NCBI GenBank assembly: GCA_963723335.1
Contig: CAVRQJ010000008.1
Span: 6,915-70,914, forward strand
DNA length: 64,000 bases
Reading direction: 5' to 3'
Origin: an uncultured Alphaproteobacteria bacterium
Lineage (GTDB): Bacteria; Pseudomonadota; Alphaproteobacteria; Rhizobiales; Xanthobacteraceae
How positions within the stretch are numbered: position 1 is the first letter of the stretch; each line of letters opens with the position of its first letter. Positions 1-8,283 of this stretch are shown in pieces. The position numbers and the translations under genes are program-made. Under the pieces are notes generated by a model, which did not search any database, had not been told where the DNA came from, and saw only the letters and a list, made by a program, of their open reading frames with translations.

Positions 1-84
1 GGGCCAGGGTTATTGGCGCGGAGGTTCGTCAGGCTCGCAGTGCTCCGGGCATTGGGAAGCAGAGCGCCGCGGCTGAAGCCGAGG

Positions 85-738
85 TTAGCGCGTACCGTTA
101 TCGATCCGCGCAAAGCGTATCAGCGAAAAATGCCCGAGCGGCGGCATCGGCCGGCGCTCGACGACATTCACACCGCCGTGCCGCGCCGCCCATTGCGCAA
201 GCCGCTCCCAGCGAAATTCCGGCCGCCAGCCAAGCCGCCGCGCCAAGGGGGCGAATGCGCGCTCGCAGGCCGCGCGTAAACCGGCGTCAGCGCCGAGGTG
301 ATTGACGAGAATGATTTCGCCGCCGGGCTTTATGACGCGCGCGAATTCATCGAGCGTGGCTTCGGGATCTGGCACAGCGGTGATGACATATTGCGCGACA
401 ATGACGTCGAAGGCCGCATCAGCGAAACCGAGATGCTGCGCGTCCATCACGGCAAGCCCGTCGACATTGGTCAGCCGGTGCTCGGTGACGCGTGCCTTCG
501 CCTTGCGCAGCATCGGCGCAGAGAAATCCACACCGATCAGCCGGTTCGACCAGGAATAGCCGGGCAAAGACAGGCCGGTGCCGACACCGACCTCGAGAAT
601 GCGGCCGCCGATGCGCTCCGCCGCCTCGATCGCAGCTTTGCGGCCGCGTTCGAACACCGCGCCGAACACGAAATCGTAGACCGGAGCCCAGCGGGCATAG
701 GCTTTGGCGATATCGGCTTTATCGAGCTCGTCCGCCAT
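85..738 (-). CDS. class I SAM-dependent methyltransferase, PmtA-like (phospholipid N-methyltransferase family)
   Basis: 217-aa ORF. SAM-binding motif ILEVGVGTGL and N-terminal AYARWAPVYDF resemble Rhodobacter-type PmtA (from memory). Confidence 0.8.
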   Translation of the reverse strand: MADELDKADIAKAYARWAPVYDFVFGAVFERGRKAAIEAAERIGGRILEVGVGTGLSLPGYSWSNRLIGVDFSAPMLRKAKARVTEHRLTNVDGLAVMDAQHLGFADAAFDVIVAQYVITAVPDPEATLDEFARVIKPGGEIILVNHLGADAGLRAACERAFAPLARRLGWRPEFRWERLAQWAARHGGVNVVERRPMPPLGHFSLIRFARIDNGTR

Positions 739-747
739 TGCGGCGTA

Positions 748-1923
748 TCAGCGAACCGCGGCCATATCGGCGGCGCGTTGCACCGTGGCAGCGGCGATGG
801 TGCCGTCAATGACGCCGCCGCCGAGCACGCGCGCCTGGCCGTCGGCTGCGTCGTAAAACACGCAAGCCTGGCCCGGTGACACACTATCCTCGCCGGCGAT
901 CAGTTCGACCTCGATGCCGCCGCCGGCGCGCAGCCAGGCGGGCTGCGGTGCGCGCGTCGAGCGGACCTTGATGAAAATTTCAGGATGTCCTTCGAGCGCG
1001 GCCTCGATCGTGCCGTCGCCGAGCCAATTGACTTCGCGCAAGCGGATGCGACTCGTGCGCAAGGCTTCGCGCGGCCCGACAACGACGCGGCGCGCGGCGG
1101 CATCGAGCCGCACGACATAGAGCGGCGAACCTGAGGCAATGCCCAGTCCGCGCCGCTGACCGACGGTGAAATGGATGATGCCGTCATGATGGCCGAGCAC
1201 GCGTCCGTTCAAGTCGACGATCTCGCCCGGCCCGGCGGCGCCCGGCCGCAATCGCTCGATGATCTCCGCGTAATGCCCGGTCGGCACGAAGCAGATGTCC
1301 TGGCTGTCCTGCTTGTCGGCAACGGAAAGCCCGAAGCGGCGCGCCAGTTCGCGGGTTTCCGCCTTGGTGCGGTCGCCGAGCGGGAAGCGCAGGAAATCAA
1401 GCTGCTCCTGCGTCGTGGCAAACAGAAAATAGCTCTGGTCGCGTCCGGCCTCGCGCGCGCGGTAAAGCGCGCGGCTGCCGTTCGGCAACGCCCGCGATGC
1501 GACGTAATGGCCGGTCGCCAAAACAGCGGCGCCGAGATCGCGGGCGGTCCCGAGCAGGTCGCGGAATTTTATCGACTGGTTGCATGCGACACAGGGCACC
1601 GGCGTCTCGCCCGCCATGTAGCTCTCGGCGAACCGGTCGATCACGGCTTCCTTGAAGCGGTCCTCATAATCGAGGACGTAGTGCGGAATGCCGATCCGCT
1701 CGGCGACAGCGCGGGCATCGTGGATATCGCGCCCGGCGCAGCAGGCGCCCTTGCGATGGGTCGCCTCGCCATGATCGTAAAGCTGAAGCGTGATGCCGAC
1801 GACGTCGTAACCGGCATCGGCCAATAGCGCCGCAGTCACCGAGGAATCGACGCCGCCCGACATGGCGACGACGACACGCGTGTCGGATGGCCGCCCCTCG
1901 ATATCGAGAACGTTCAAACTCAT
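748..1923 (-). CDS. mnmA: tRNA 2-thiouridine(34) synthase MnmA
   Basis: 391-aa ORF. PP-loop [12 protein letters not shown], conserved Cys (CCAGRD, VPCVACN) and [10 protein letters not shown] motif. Confidence 0.93.
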   Translation of the reverse strand: MSLNVLDIEGRPSDTRVVVAMSGGVDSSVTAALLADAGYDVVGITLQLYDHGEATHRKGACCAGRDIHDARAVAERIGIPHYVLDYEDRFKEAVIDRFAESYMAGETPVPCVACNQSIKFRDLLGTARDLGAAVLATGHYVASRALPNGSRALYRAREAGRDQSYFLFATTQEQLDFLRFPLGDRTKAETRELARRFGLSVADKQDSQDICFVPTGHYAEIIERLRPGAAGPGEIVDLNGRVLGHHDGIIHFTVGQRRGLGIASGSPLYVVRLDAAARRVVVGPREALRTSRIRLREVNWLGDGTIEAALEGHPEIFIKVRSTRAPQPAWLRAGGGIEVELIAGEDSVSPGQACVFYDAADGQARVLGGGVIDGTIAAATVQRAADMAAVR

Positions 1924-2056
1924 CCCGGATCAATTCCTGCGGCCAAAGCCGCCATCTGACGGCTGCTCTACATTATAGGCGGCGCATCCTCGCACCGCCA
2001 TGGCGGCTGCTTTATCGGCCTTTCTCCGCGGTAACACCCGATTTTTGCGGCCAAAG

Positions 2057-2073
2057 CCGGCAAAAATTGCCGG
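2057..2073. promoter_or_regulatory. perfect inverted repeat CCGGCAA-AAA-TTGCCGG, candidate FlbD enhancer (ftr-like)
   Basis: 7-3-7 palindrome about 90 bp upstream of the sigma54 -24/-12 element. A GGCAA-N3-TTGCC core recurs at 5402-5414. Confidence 0.5.
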
Positions 2074-2116
2074 GCGCGCGCAAAGACTGCCGTAGGCGGC
2101 CGCCGACAAAATTACA

Positions 2117-2129
2117 TAAGCCATTGATT
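2117..2129 (-). promoter_or_regulatory. IHF-like site (AATCAATGGCTTA on minus strand)
   Basis: Matches WATCAANNNNTTR. Lies in an AT-rich stretch between the palindrome and the -24/-12 element. Confidence 0.4.
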
Positions 2130-2156
2130 TATAACGATTTATGGCCGAAGGCCCAC

Positions 2157-2172
2157 TGGCCCGCAGGTTGCA
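2157..2172 (+). promoter_or_regulatory. sigma54 (-24/-12) promoter TGGCCCGCAGGTTGCA for fliK-flgD
   Basis: GG and GC are spaced exactly as in TGGCAC-N5-TTGC. Sits about 40 nt upstream of the likely fliK GTG start. Confidence 0.65.
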
Positions 2173-2211
2173 GGAAGACACTTGCTCTATGTCGCTTTCG
2201 GGAGTTCTCCA

Positions 2212-3984
2212 GTGCCGAGTATAGCGTCAGACGTAACCGCCGCGGCTTCATACTCCCAGTCACCGCGGGTGCAGCCTTCACAGGCCAGCCAGGATACGGA
2301 TTCGCAGCCGTTCGCGGCCTTGCTCGATGCCAGCGCGTCAGCACCCGCGAACCCGACCCCATCGCCGGCCAATCCGCCACAGGCCACGCAGCAGACCTCA
2401 AGCCCGGCGGCTGCGAACGGCAATTCCAATACCGCGCCGGCCACGAATACGAATTCCAGCACTGCGAACGGGACCGCGCCGTCCGCAAACCCGGCCCCCG
2501 CTTCGTCAAGCTCCGCACAGTCAAACGGCACAGCGGCGAATGGTACGAAACCCGTCGCGACAGCAGACGCCACGAACACCAGGACAATACTGAGCAAAGC
2601 CGCGGCCAGTAGCGCGACGGCCGCCGTGACCGCCGCGGCGGCGACTGCGGCAGCAACGGCCGCGACGAACAGCGCAGCGAACCAGACCGGCGCCGCTGCA
2701 CAATCGAACAATTCAGGCCCTGACACTGCACCGGCCGCAGCGGCGGCTTCGGATGCAGCGACTGCGGCCGCGGTTGCGACAAATGCAGCCGCCACGGCGG
2801 CCGCTGCGGCAGCACAGAACGGTCAGGATCCGGCCACCACCGACGCCGCCGCGCCCGCTTCGGGCAAGAAGCCGGGCTCGGACGACAGCGATAACAGCCA
2901 GACCGACGACAGCACTGCCGCGACCAGTCCCGACGCCGCGGCGGCACAAGCGGCCGCAGCGACAGCGGCGAATGCATCTTCGCCCGTCGCCGCAGCCATC
3001 GTGTTGAACACACCGGCCGACGGGACTCCTGCCTCGGCCGATTCCACCGCGGCTGTTGCAAACGGCCAGCAAGCGGCGGCGCGCGGATCGGCGAACGTCA
3101 CGGGTGCAGGGCGCAAAATCGGCGCTCAAGTTGCAACCGCCCTGCCGGGACCTGACGCCAAGGACGCCGGCACGCCCGACGCAACCTCAGCAAAGGCGCC
3201 ATCCGATACGGCCGCGAACGCGACGACGACCCATTCCAAAGCGCCCGATGCTGCCGGTGGACCGGCCGGCACGCAGAGCCAAGCCGGCTCGCAAGTTCAA
3301 TCCGACGCATCCGCCGATATTAACGCCGGCACTTCGCCCCAAAGCGCCGCGAGCGCCCAGGCCAACACCCTTATTGCCGGCAACGGCAGTGCCAATACCG
3401 CATCTCCGCGCACAGATAGCGCCACCACCGATGCAACGTCAGGCACCCAAACCGCGGCCAATACCGTCAAAGCGGCCAGCGCCGATCTGTCGGCGTTCGG
3501 CGTGTCCGCAGCCAATACGGCGACCCAGTCCGGCGCGGCAACGTCCGGCGCCACGCCTGCCGCCGTTCCGGTTTCCGGCCTTCCCGTCTATATCGCCACG
3601 CGCGCGCAAGCCGGCTCCAGTCAGTTCGACATCCGCCTCGATCCGCCGGAGCTCGGCCGCATCGACGTGCAGCTCAACGTCGACAGCAGCGGTCAGGTGA
3701 CCTCGCACGTTACCGTCGACCGGCCCGAAACACTGAGCCTGTTGCAAAGCCAGCAGCCGCAGCTCGAACGCGCCCTCGAACAGGCCGGCCTGAAGACCGC
3801 GGATAATGGCCTGCAATTCACATTGCGCGACCAATCCTTCGCCGGACAGAACAATTCCGGCGGCGGCACCCAGCACAACACACCACAACAGCTTGTCATT
3901 CCCGACGCCGATCTTTCGCCCATCGAGACTACGCAAATCTATTCCCGTCTGGGTCTCGGCAGCGGCATCGACATCAGAGTGTAA
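2212..3984 (+). CDS. fliK: flagellar hook-length control protein FliK
   Basis: C-terminal Flg_hook-type region FDIRLDPPELGRIDVQLNV...HVTVDRPETLSLLQ. Long A/T/S/N-rich N-terminal part. GTG 2212 is preceded by GGGAG; the ORF is open from 2182. Confidence 0.85.
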   Translation: MPSIASDVTAAASYSQSPRVQPSQASQDTDSQPFAALLDASASAPANPTPSPANPPQATQQTSSPAAANGNSNTAPATNTNSSTANGTAPSANPAPASSSSAQSNGTAANGTKPVATADATNTRTILSKAAASSATAAVTAAAATAAATAATNSAANQTGAAAQSNNSGPDTAPAAAAASDAATAAAVATNAAATAAAAAAQNGQDPATTDAAAPASGKKPGSDDSDNSQTDDSTAATSPDAAAAQAAAATAANASSPVAAAIVLNTPADGTPASADSTAAVANGQQAAARGSANVTGAGRKIGAQVATALPGPDAKDAGTPDATSAKAPSDTAANATTTHSKAPDAAGGPAGTQSQAGSQVQSDASADINAGTSPQSAASAQANTLIAGNGSANTASPRTDSATTDATSGTQTAANTVKAASADLSAFGVSAANTATQSGAATSGATPAAVPVSGLPVYIATRAQAGSSQFDIRLDPPELGRIDVQLNVDSSGQVTSHVTVDRPETLSLLQSQQPQLERALEQAGLKTADNGLQFTLRDQSFAGQNNSGGGTQHNTPQQLVIPDADLSPIETTQIYSRLGLGSGIDIRV

Positions 3985-4008
3985 ACGGCAATTGACTGAG
4001 GACCGACC

Positions 4009-4791
4009 ATGACCACCACCACCACGCCGACCTCGACCACCACAACGCCGAGCACGACGAGCTCAACCAGTTCGACGTCCTCGACTTCGAGTGTCGCCGG
4101 CGCCCAGCAGATTGCCGGCGATTACAATACGTTCCTGACGCTGCTGACCACGCAGCTGCAGAACCAGGATCCGCTCGATCCGCTGGACACCAACCAGTTC
4201 ACCCAACAGCTCGTCGATTTCGCCTCGGTCGAACAGCAGGTCAACATGAACTCGAACCTGCAGACGCTGATCTCATTGCAGCAGACCAATGAGGCAACCT
4301 CGGCGATGCAGTACCTTGGCAGCAACGTCACCGTCAGCGGCTCGGGAGGGACACTCTCGGCAAGTTCTCCGGCCACGTGGTCGCTGAATTCGCCCTCGCC
4401 CGCGACAGGCAACGTGACAATAACCAGTTCGACCGGTCAGACGGCCTTTACCGGAACGGTGGCGCTGAACAGCGGAAGCCAGACCTATAGCTGGAACGGC
4501 CAAGGCAATAACGGCGTCGCCTGGCCCGCAGGCCAGTACACGCTCGCGGTCACGGCGACCGGCGCCAACGGTCAGGCCGTCACCGTCTCGACGCAGACCC
4601 AAGGAACGGTCAGCGGCATCAATCTCAGCCAGAATCCGGCGCAGATCATCGTCGGCGGTCAGAGCTATCCGATCAGCGCAATTCAATCGATCAACAGCAG
4701 CAGCCTGAGCAACAACAGCGGGCTGAGCACGCTCAACAGCAGTATCAGTACCCTCAACAGCAACATCACCACTCTGAGCCAGCTTCTGTAG
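4009..4791 (+). CDS. flgD: flagellar hook assembly/capping protein FlgD
   Basis: Motif LLTTQLQNQDPLDPLDTNQFTQQLVDFASVEQ. Immediately downstream of fliK. Confidence 0.9.
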   Translation: MTTTTTPTSTTTTPSTTSSTSSTSSTSSVAGAQQIAGDYNTFLTLLTTQLQNQDPLDPLDTNQFTQQLVDFASVEQQVNMNSNLQTLISLQQTNEATSAMQYLGSNVTVSGSGGTLSASSPATWSLNSPSPATGNVTITSSTGQTAFTGTVALNSGSQTYSWNGQGNNGVAWPAGQYTLAVTATGANGQAVTVSTQTQGTVSGINLSQNPAQIIVGGQSYPISAIQSINSSSLSNNSGLSTLNSSISTLNSNITTLSQLL

Positions 4792-4888
4792 TGAGGGCCG
4801 GGAACCGGCGCCCGAGCGCTAGCTGCCCATGCCGACGGCTCCAACAGGCCAGCCGCTGCGCGCTCGTCGGCTTAAAGCGGGCTGGAGC

Positions 4889-4911
4889 GGGCAAATATCG
4901 GCATTTTGCCC
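4889..4911. other. palindrome GGGCAAA-N9-TTTGCCC downstream of flgD
   Basis: 7-bp arms seen directly. No U-tract follows, so either a weak terminator or a protein-binding site. Confidence 0.3.
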
Positions 4912-4928
4912 CCAAGTGAGCCATTCGC

Positions 4929-4943
4929 TTAGGCAAATTTTAA
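4929..4943 (+). promoter_or_regulatory. degenerate CtrA-box-like motif TTAG-N7-TTAA upstream of sciP
   Basis: One mismatch to TTAA-N7-TTAA. About 55 nt upstream of the sciP ATG. Confidence 0.3.
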
Positions 4944-4997
4944 GTGGCCGTCCGTATGGTCACTAACAGTGGTGTTGTCGAGTACGTGAGAGTAAAT

Positions 4998-5273
4998 ATG
5001 ACCGAACCCCATCGCCCGAGGGTCAAATATGTCATCGGGCCGGACGGTTCGCCCCTGACGATCGCCGATTTGCCGGCGCCGGGGACGAAACGTTGGGTCA
5101 TTCGCCGCAAGGCGGAGGTTGTCGCGGCTGTCCGCGGCGGTTTGCTTTCGCTTGAAGAGGCGTGCAGCCGCTATACGCTGACGGTCGAAGAATTCCTGTC
5201 CTGGCAATATTCCATCGACCAGCACGGACTTGCCGGGCTGCGCACCACCCGCATCCAGCAATACCGCGAATAA
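4998..5273 (+). CDS. sciP: DUF1153 protein, SciP-like small CtrA-inhibitor transcription factor
   Basis: 91 aa from the internal ATG. KRWVIRRKAEVVAAVRGGLLSLEEAC and LRTTRIQQYR match my recollection of Caulobacter SciP. Same position next to fliF as in Caulobacter. Confidence 0.8.
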   Translation: MTEPHRPRVKYVIGPDGSPLTIADLPAPGTKRWVIRRKAEVVAAVRGGLLSLEEACSRYTLTVEEFLSWQYSIDQHGLAGLRTTRIQQYRE

Positions 5274-5303
5274 CGCGCGCTTAAGCGATCTTACTCAATC
5301 GCC

Positions 5304-5335
5304 AACGCCGGCCGCAGGGCCGGCGTTTCGCTTTG
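5304..5335 (+). terminator. rho-independent terminator after sciP
   Basis: AACGCCGGCC-GCAG-GGCCGGCGTT followed by TCGCTTTG. Confidence 0.65.
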
Positions 5336-5376
5336 CGCTCATTTTTGCCGCGGCTTTGAGTCATTTCCGCCATTCA

Positions 5377-5392
5377 TTAACCGGGCGCTAAC
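5377..5392 (+). promoter_or_regulatory. CtrA-box-like motif TTAACCGGGCGCTAAC upstream of fliF
   Basis: TTAA-N7-CTAAC, one mismatch to TTAA-N7-TTAAC. About 65-80 nt upstream of the fliF start. GAGTC (GANTC) at 5358-5362. Confidence 0.5.
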
Positions 5393-5398
5393 CATCCA

Positions 5399-5417
5399 CC
5401 GGGCAAATCTTGCCGGG
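5399..5417. promoter_or_regulatory. ftr-like imperfect palindrome CCGGGCAA-ATC-TTGCCGGG between the CtrA box and the fliF start
   Basis: Same GGCAA-N3-TTGCC core as the 2057-2073 palindrome. Confidence 0.4.
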
Positions 5418-5455
5418 TAGGACGCAGCTGCGTCGCTCCGCGGGGGGTACGCTCG

Positions 5456-7108
5456 GTGCAAGGTCTGGTCGAGTTCGCCAAAACCATTGGCGCAACACGC
5501 ATCGCGGCGATGACCGCCGTCGCTATCGCCCTCATCGGCTTCTTCGCCTTCATCATGATGCGCGTGACGGCGCCGCAGATGACGCCGCTTTTTACCGACC
5601 TGTCGCTGGAAAACTCCGCCAACGTCGTCAAGGAGCTCGATCGCGAAGGCGTCACCTACGAACTGCGCAATGACGGCAATATCATCATGGTGGCCAGCGA
5701 CCGCGTCGCCAGGCTGCGCATGACACTGGCCGAAAGCGGCATGCCCAAGGGCGGCGGCGTCGGCTACGAGATTTTCGACAAATCCGATGCGCTCGGCACG
5801 ACAAGTTTCGTGCAGAACGTCAACAGCCTGCGGGCGCTCGAAGGCGAGTTGAGCCGCACCATCCGGGCGCTCGACCGCGTTCAGGACGCCCGCGTGCATC
5901 TCGTCATGCCCGAGCGGCCGTTATTTTCGCGCGACAAGGTCGAGCCATCGGCGTCGATCGTACTCAAGCTCCGCGGCACGCTGGAGTCGCAGCAGGTGCG
6001 CGCCATCCGCCATCTCGTCGCCACCGCGGTGAGCGGCCTGCGGCCGCAGCGCATCTCGATCGTCGACGAGCAGGGCCAGCTCCTGGCCGACGGCGCCGGT
6101 GACGACACCACCGGCAGCGACGTCAGCGCCGACGAGCGGCAGTCCGCCTTCGAGAAACACCTGCGTCAACAGGTGGAATCGATCGTCACGTCGGTTGTCG
6201 GCCCCGGTCATTCGCGCGTCCAGGTCAATGCCGATTTCGACTTCAACCGCATCACCCAGACCTCGGACAAATTCGACCCCGACGGCCGCGTGCTGCGCTC
6301 CAGCCAGACCCGTGAAGAGACTTCGGCGTCGAATGAGGGCGGCAGCAATCAGGTCACGGTCGGCAACGAATTGCCCGGCGCGGCCCAGCGCCAGCAGGCC
6401 GCGGCGGACAACACGCCGCGCGACCAGAGCCGGAAATCGGAAGAAATCGTCAATTACGAGATTTCGAAGACCACCAAGACCGAAGTCATCGAAGGCGGCC
6501 GCATCAACCGCATTTCCGTCGCCGTCCTCGTCGACGGCACCTACGGCAAGGACGACAAGGGTGACGTCACCTATCAGCCGCGCAGCAAGGAAGATCTCGA
6601 CCAGATCGGAACGCTGGTGCGCTCCGCGATCGGCTTCGACCAGAAACGCGGCGACCAAGTCCAGGTCGTCAATCTCCGTTTCGCCGAAACGACGGCCATC
6701 TCCATCGGCGAACCCACTGGCTGGCTCTCCGCCTTCCACTTCACCAAAGACGACATTATGCGCGTCATCGAATTGGTGGTGATGGGTATCCTTGAACTCA
6801 TCGTGCTGCTGCTGGTCGTGCGGCCGCTGGTGCGCCGCATTATTACGCCGGAACCGCGCGCGATCCCGGCCCTGCCGCCGGGCCTGCCGCTCGGCAATGG
6901 CTCGGCATCGGCAACGCCCACCGCCGGAGCACGCGCGGAAGTCGCCATGGCCAGCGAAAGCCAGACCGCCAAGATGATCGACATCGCCCAGATTCAGGGG
7001 CAGGTCCACGCCCAATCGGTCCAGAAGGTCGGCGAACTTGCCGACAAGAATCCGCGCGAGACCGTCCAGATCATCCGTCAATGGCTCAACGACGGCGCCA
7101 CGGCCTGA
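5456..7108 (+). CDS. fliF: flagellar M-ring protein FliF
   Basis: 550 aa. N-terminal TM segment, YscJ/FliF-type region (LFTDLSLENSANVVKELDREGVTYEL), C-terminal TM segment and FliG-binding tail. Confidence 0.93.
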   Translation: MQGLVEFAKTIGATRIAAMTAVAIALIGFFAFIMMRVTAPQMTPLFTDLSLENSANVVKELDREGVTYELRNDGNIIMVASDRVARLRMTLAESGMPKGGGVGYEIFDKSDALGTTSFVQNVNSLRALEGELSRTIRALDRVQDARVHLVMPERPLFSRDKVEPSASIVLKLRGTLESQQVRAIRHLVATAVSGLRPQRISIVDEQGQLLADGAGDDTTGSDVSADERQSAFEKHLRQQVESIVTSVVGPGHSRVQVNADFDFNRITQTSDKFDPDGRVLRSSQTREETSASNEGGSNQVTVGNELPGAAQRQQAAADNTPRDQSRKSEEIVNYEISKTTKTEVIEGGRINRISVAVLVDGTYGKDDKGDVTYQPRSKEDLDQIGTLVRSAIGFDQKRGDQVQVVNLRFAETTAISIGEPTGWLSAFHFTKDDIMRVIELVVMGILELIVLLLVVRPLVRRIITPEPRAIPALPPGLPLGNGSASATPTAGARAEVAMASESQTAKMIDIAQIQGQVHAQSVQKVGELADKNPRETVQIIRQWLNDGATA

Positions 7109-7120
7109 TCGGCAGCATCC

Positions 7121-8227
7121 ATGGCCCAACCAGCAGTCCAGGATAAAGCCGGCAACGACACCTCCCAGCGCGATATCACCAGCGCACTGGCGACCCTTGC
7201 CGGCAAAGCGGCGACTGCCTCGTCGACCGCGCCCGGATTGCGCGGACCGGAACGCGCCGCGGTGCTGATGCTCGCGCTCGGTGAGCAGCACGGGTCCAAG
7301 ATCTGGGGCATGCTCGACGACGACGAATTGCGCCAGATTTCCATCTTGATGTCGACGCTCGGCACGATCGAAGCCGAGCAGGTCGAGAATCTGCTGCTCG
7401 AATTCGTATCCCGCATGTCGGCCTCGGGCGCGATCATGGGGACGTACGAGGCAACGGAACGGCTGCTTCAGCAATACCTGCCGCCGGAGCGGGTCAACAA
7501 CATCATGGAAGAAATCCGCGGTCCTGCCGGCCGCAATATGTGGGAGAAGCTCTCCAATGTGCAGGAGGGCGTGCTCGCCAATTATCTGAAGAACGAATAT
7601 CCGCAGACTGTCGCCGTCGTGCTGTCGAAGATCGGCCCGGAACATGCCGCGCGCGTACTGGCGATCCTGCCGGAAGAGCTGGCGCTCGATGTGGTCAATC
7701 GCATGCTGCGCATGGAGGCGGTGCAGAAGGAGGTTCTCGAGCGGGTCGAGCAGACGCTGCGCACCGAATTCATGTCGAACCTTTCGCAGACACGGCGCCG
7801 CGATGCGCACGAGGTGATGGCCGAGATTTTCAATAATTTCGACCGGCAGACGGAAACGCGCTTCCTGACCGCGCTCGAAGAAGACAATCGCGAAAGCGCC
7901 GAGCGCATCAAGACCTTGATGTTCACTTTCGACGACCTGACCAAGCTCGACGTCGCCTCGGCGCAGACACTGATGCGCCACGTCGAGAAGGACAAGCTCG
8001 GCATTGCGCTAAAGGGCGCTTCCGAACCGGTACGCCAGTTCTTCCTTTCCAACATGTCGACCCGCGCCGCCAAAATGCTGCTCGACGACATGCAGGCCAT
8101 GGGTCCGGTGCGGCTGCGTGAGGTCGACGAAGCGCAAGCGCTTCTCGTCAATCTCGCCAAGGACCTCGCCGCCAAGGGCGAGATCGTGATCTCCAAGACG
8201 CGCGGTGAAGAAGAGCTGATCTACTGA
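7121..8227 (+). CDS. fliG: flagellar motor switch protein FliG
   Basis: 368 aa. [26 protein letters not shown] and C-terminal torque-helix region. Confidence 0.93.
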   Translation: MAQPAVQDKAGNDTSQRDITSALATLAGKAATASSTAPGLRGPERAAVLMLALGEQHGSKIWGMLDDDELRQISILMSTLGTIEAEQVENLLLEFVSRMSASGAIMGTYEATERLLQQYLPPERVNNIMEEIRGPAGRNMWEKLSNVQEGVLANYLKNEYPQTVAVVLSKIGPEHAARVLAILPEELALDVVNRMLRMEAVQKEVLERVEQTLRTEFMSNLSQTRRRDAHEVMAEIFNNFDRQTETRFLTALEEDNRESAERIKTLMFTFDDLTKLDVASAQTLMRHVEKDKLGIALKGASEPVRQFFLSNMSTRAAKMLLDDMQAMGPVRLREVDEAQALLVNLAKDLAAKGEIVISKTRGEEELIY

Positions 8228-8247
8228 GACGTGATGGGCAAAGAACG

Positions 8248-8283
8248 ATTGGACGTAAGAAAACCATTTGACGTGAAAAAACC
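8248..8283 (+). repeat. tandem 18-nt AT-rich direct repeat (ATTGGACGTAAGAAAACC / ATTTGACGTGAAAAAACC) abutting the fliH ATG
   Basis: 15/18 identical. The two copies are exactly adjacent and end at the start codon. Confidence 0.7.

Noticed and set aside
2300-4100. Highly repetitive GC-rich DNA in fliK and at the flgD start: possible CRISPR or VNTR array
   Set aside because: There is no regular repeat-spacer periodicity. It is low-complexity Ala/Thr/Ser coding sequence within a continuous ORF ending in a FliK domain.
5921-7981. 686-aa ORF on the minus strand across fliF and fliG
   Set aside because: It is antisense to two well-supported flagellar genes. The product is Arg/Gly/Asp/His/Leu-rich with no recognisable motif. 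This is the typical shadow ORF of high-GC DNA.
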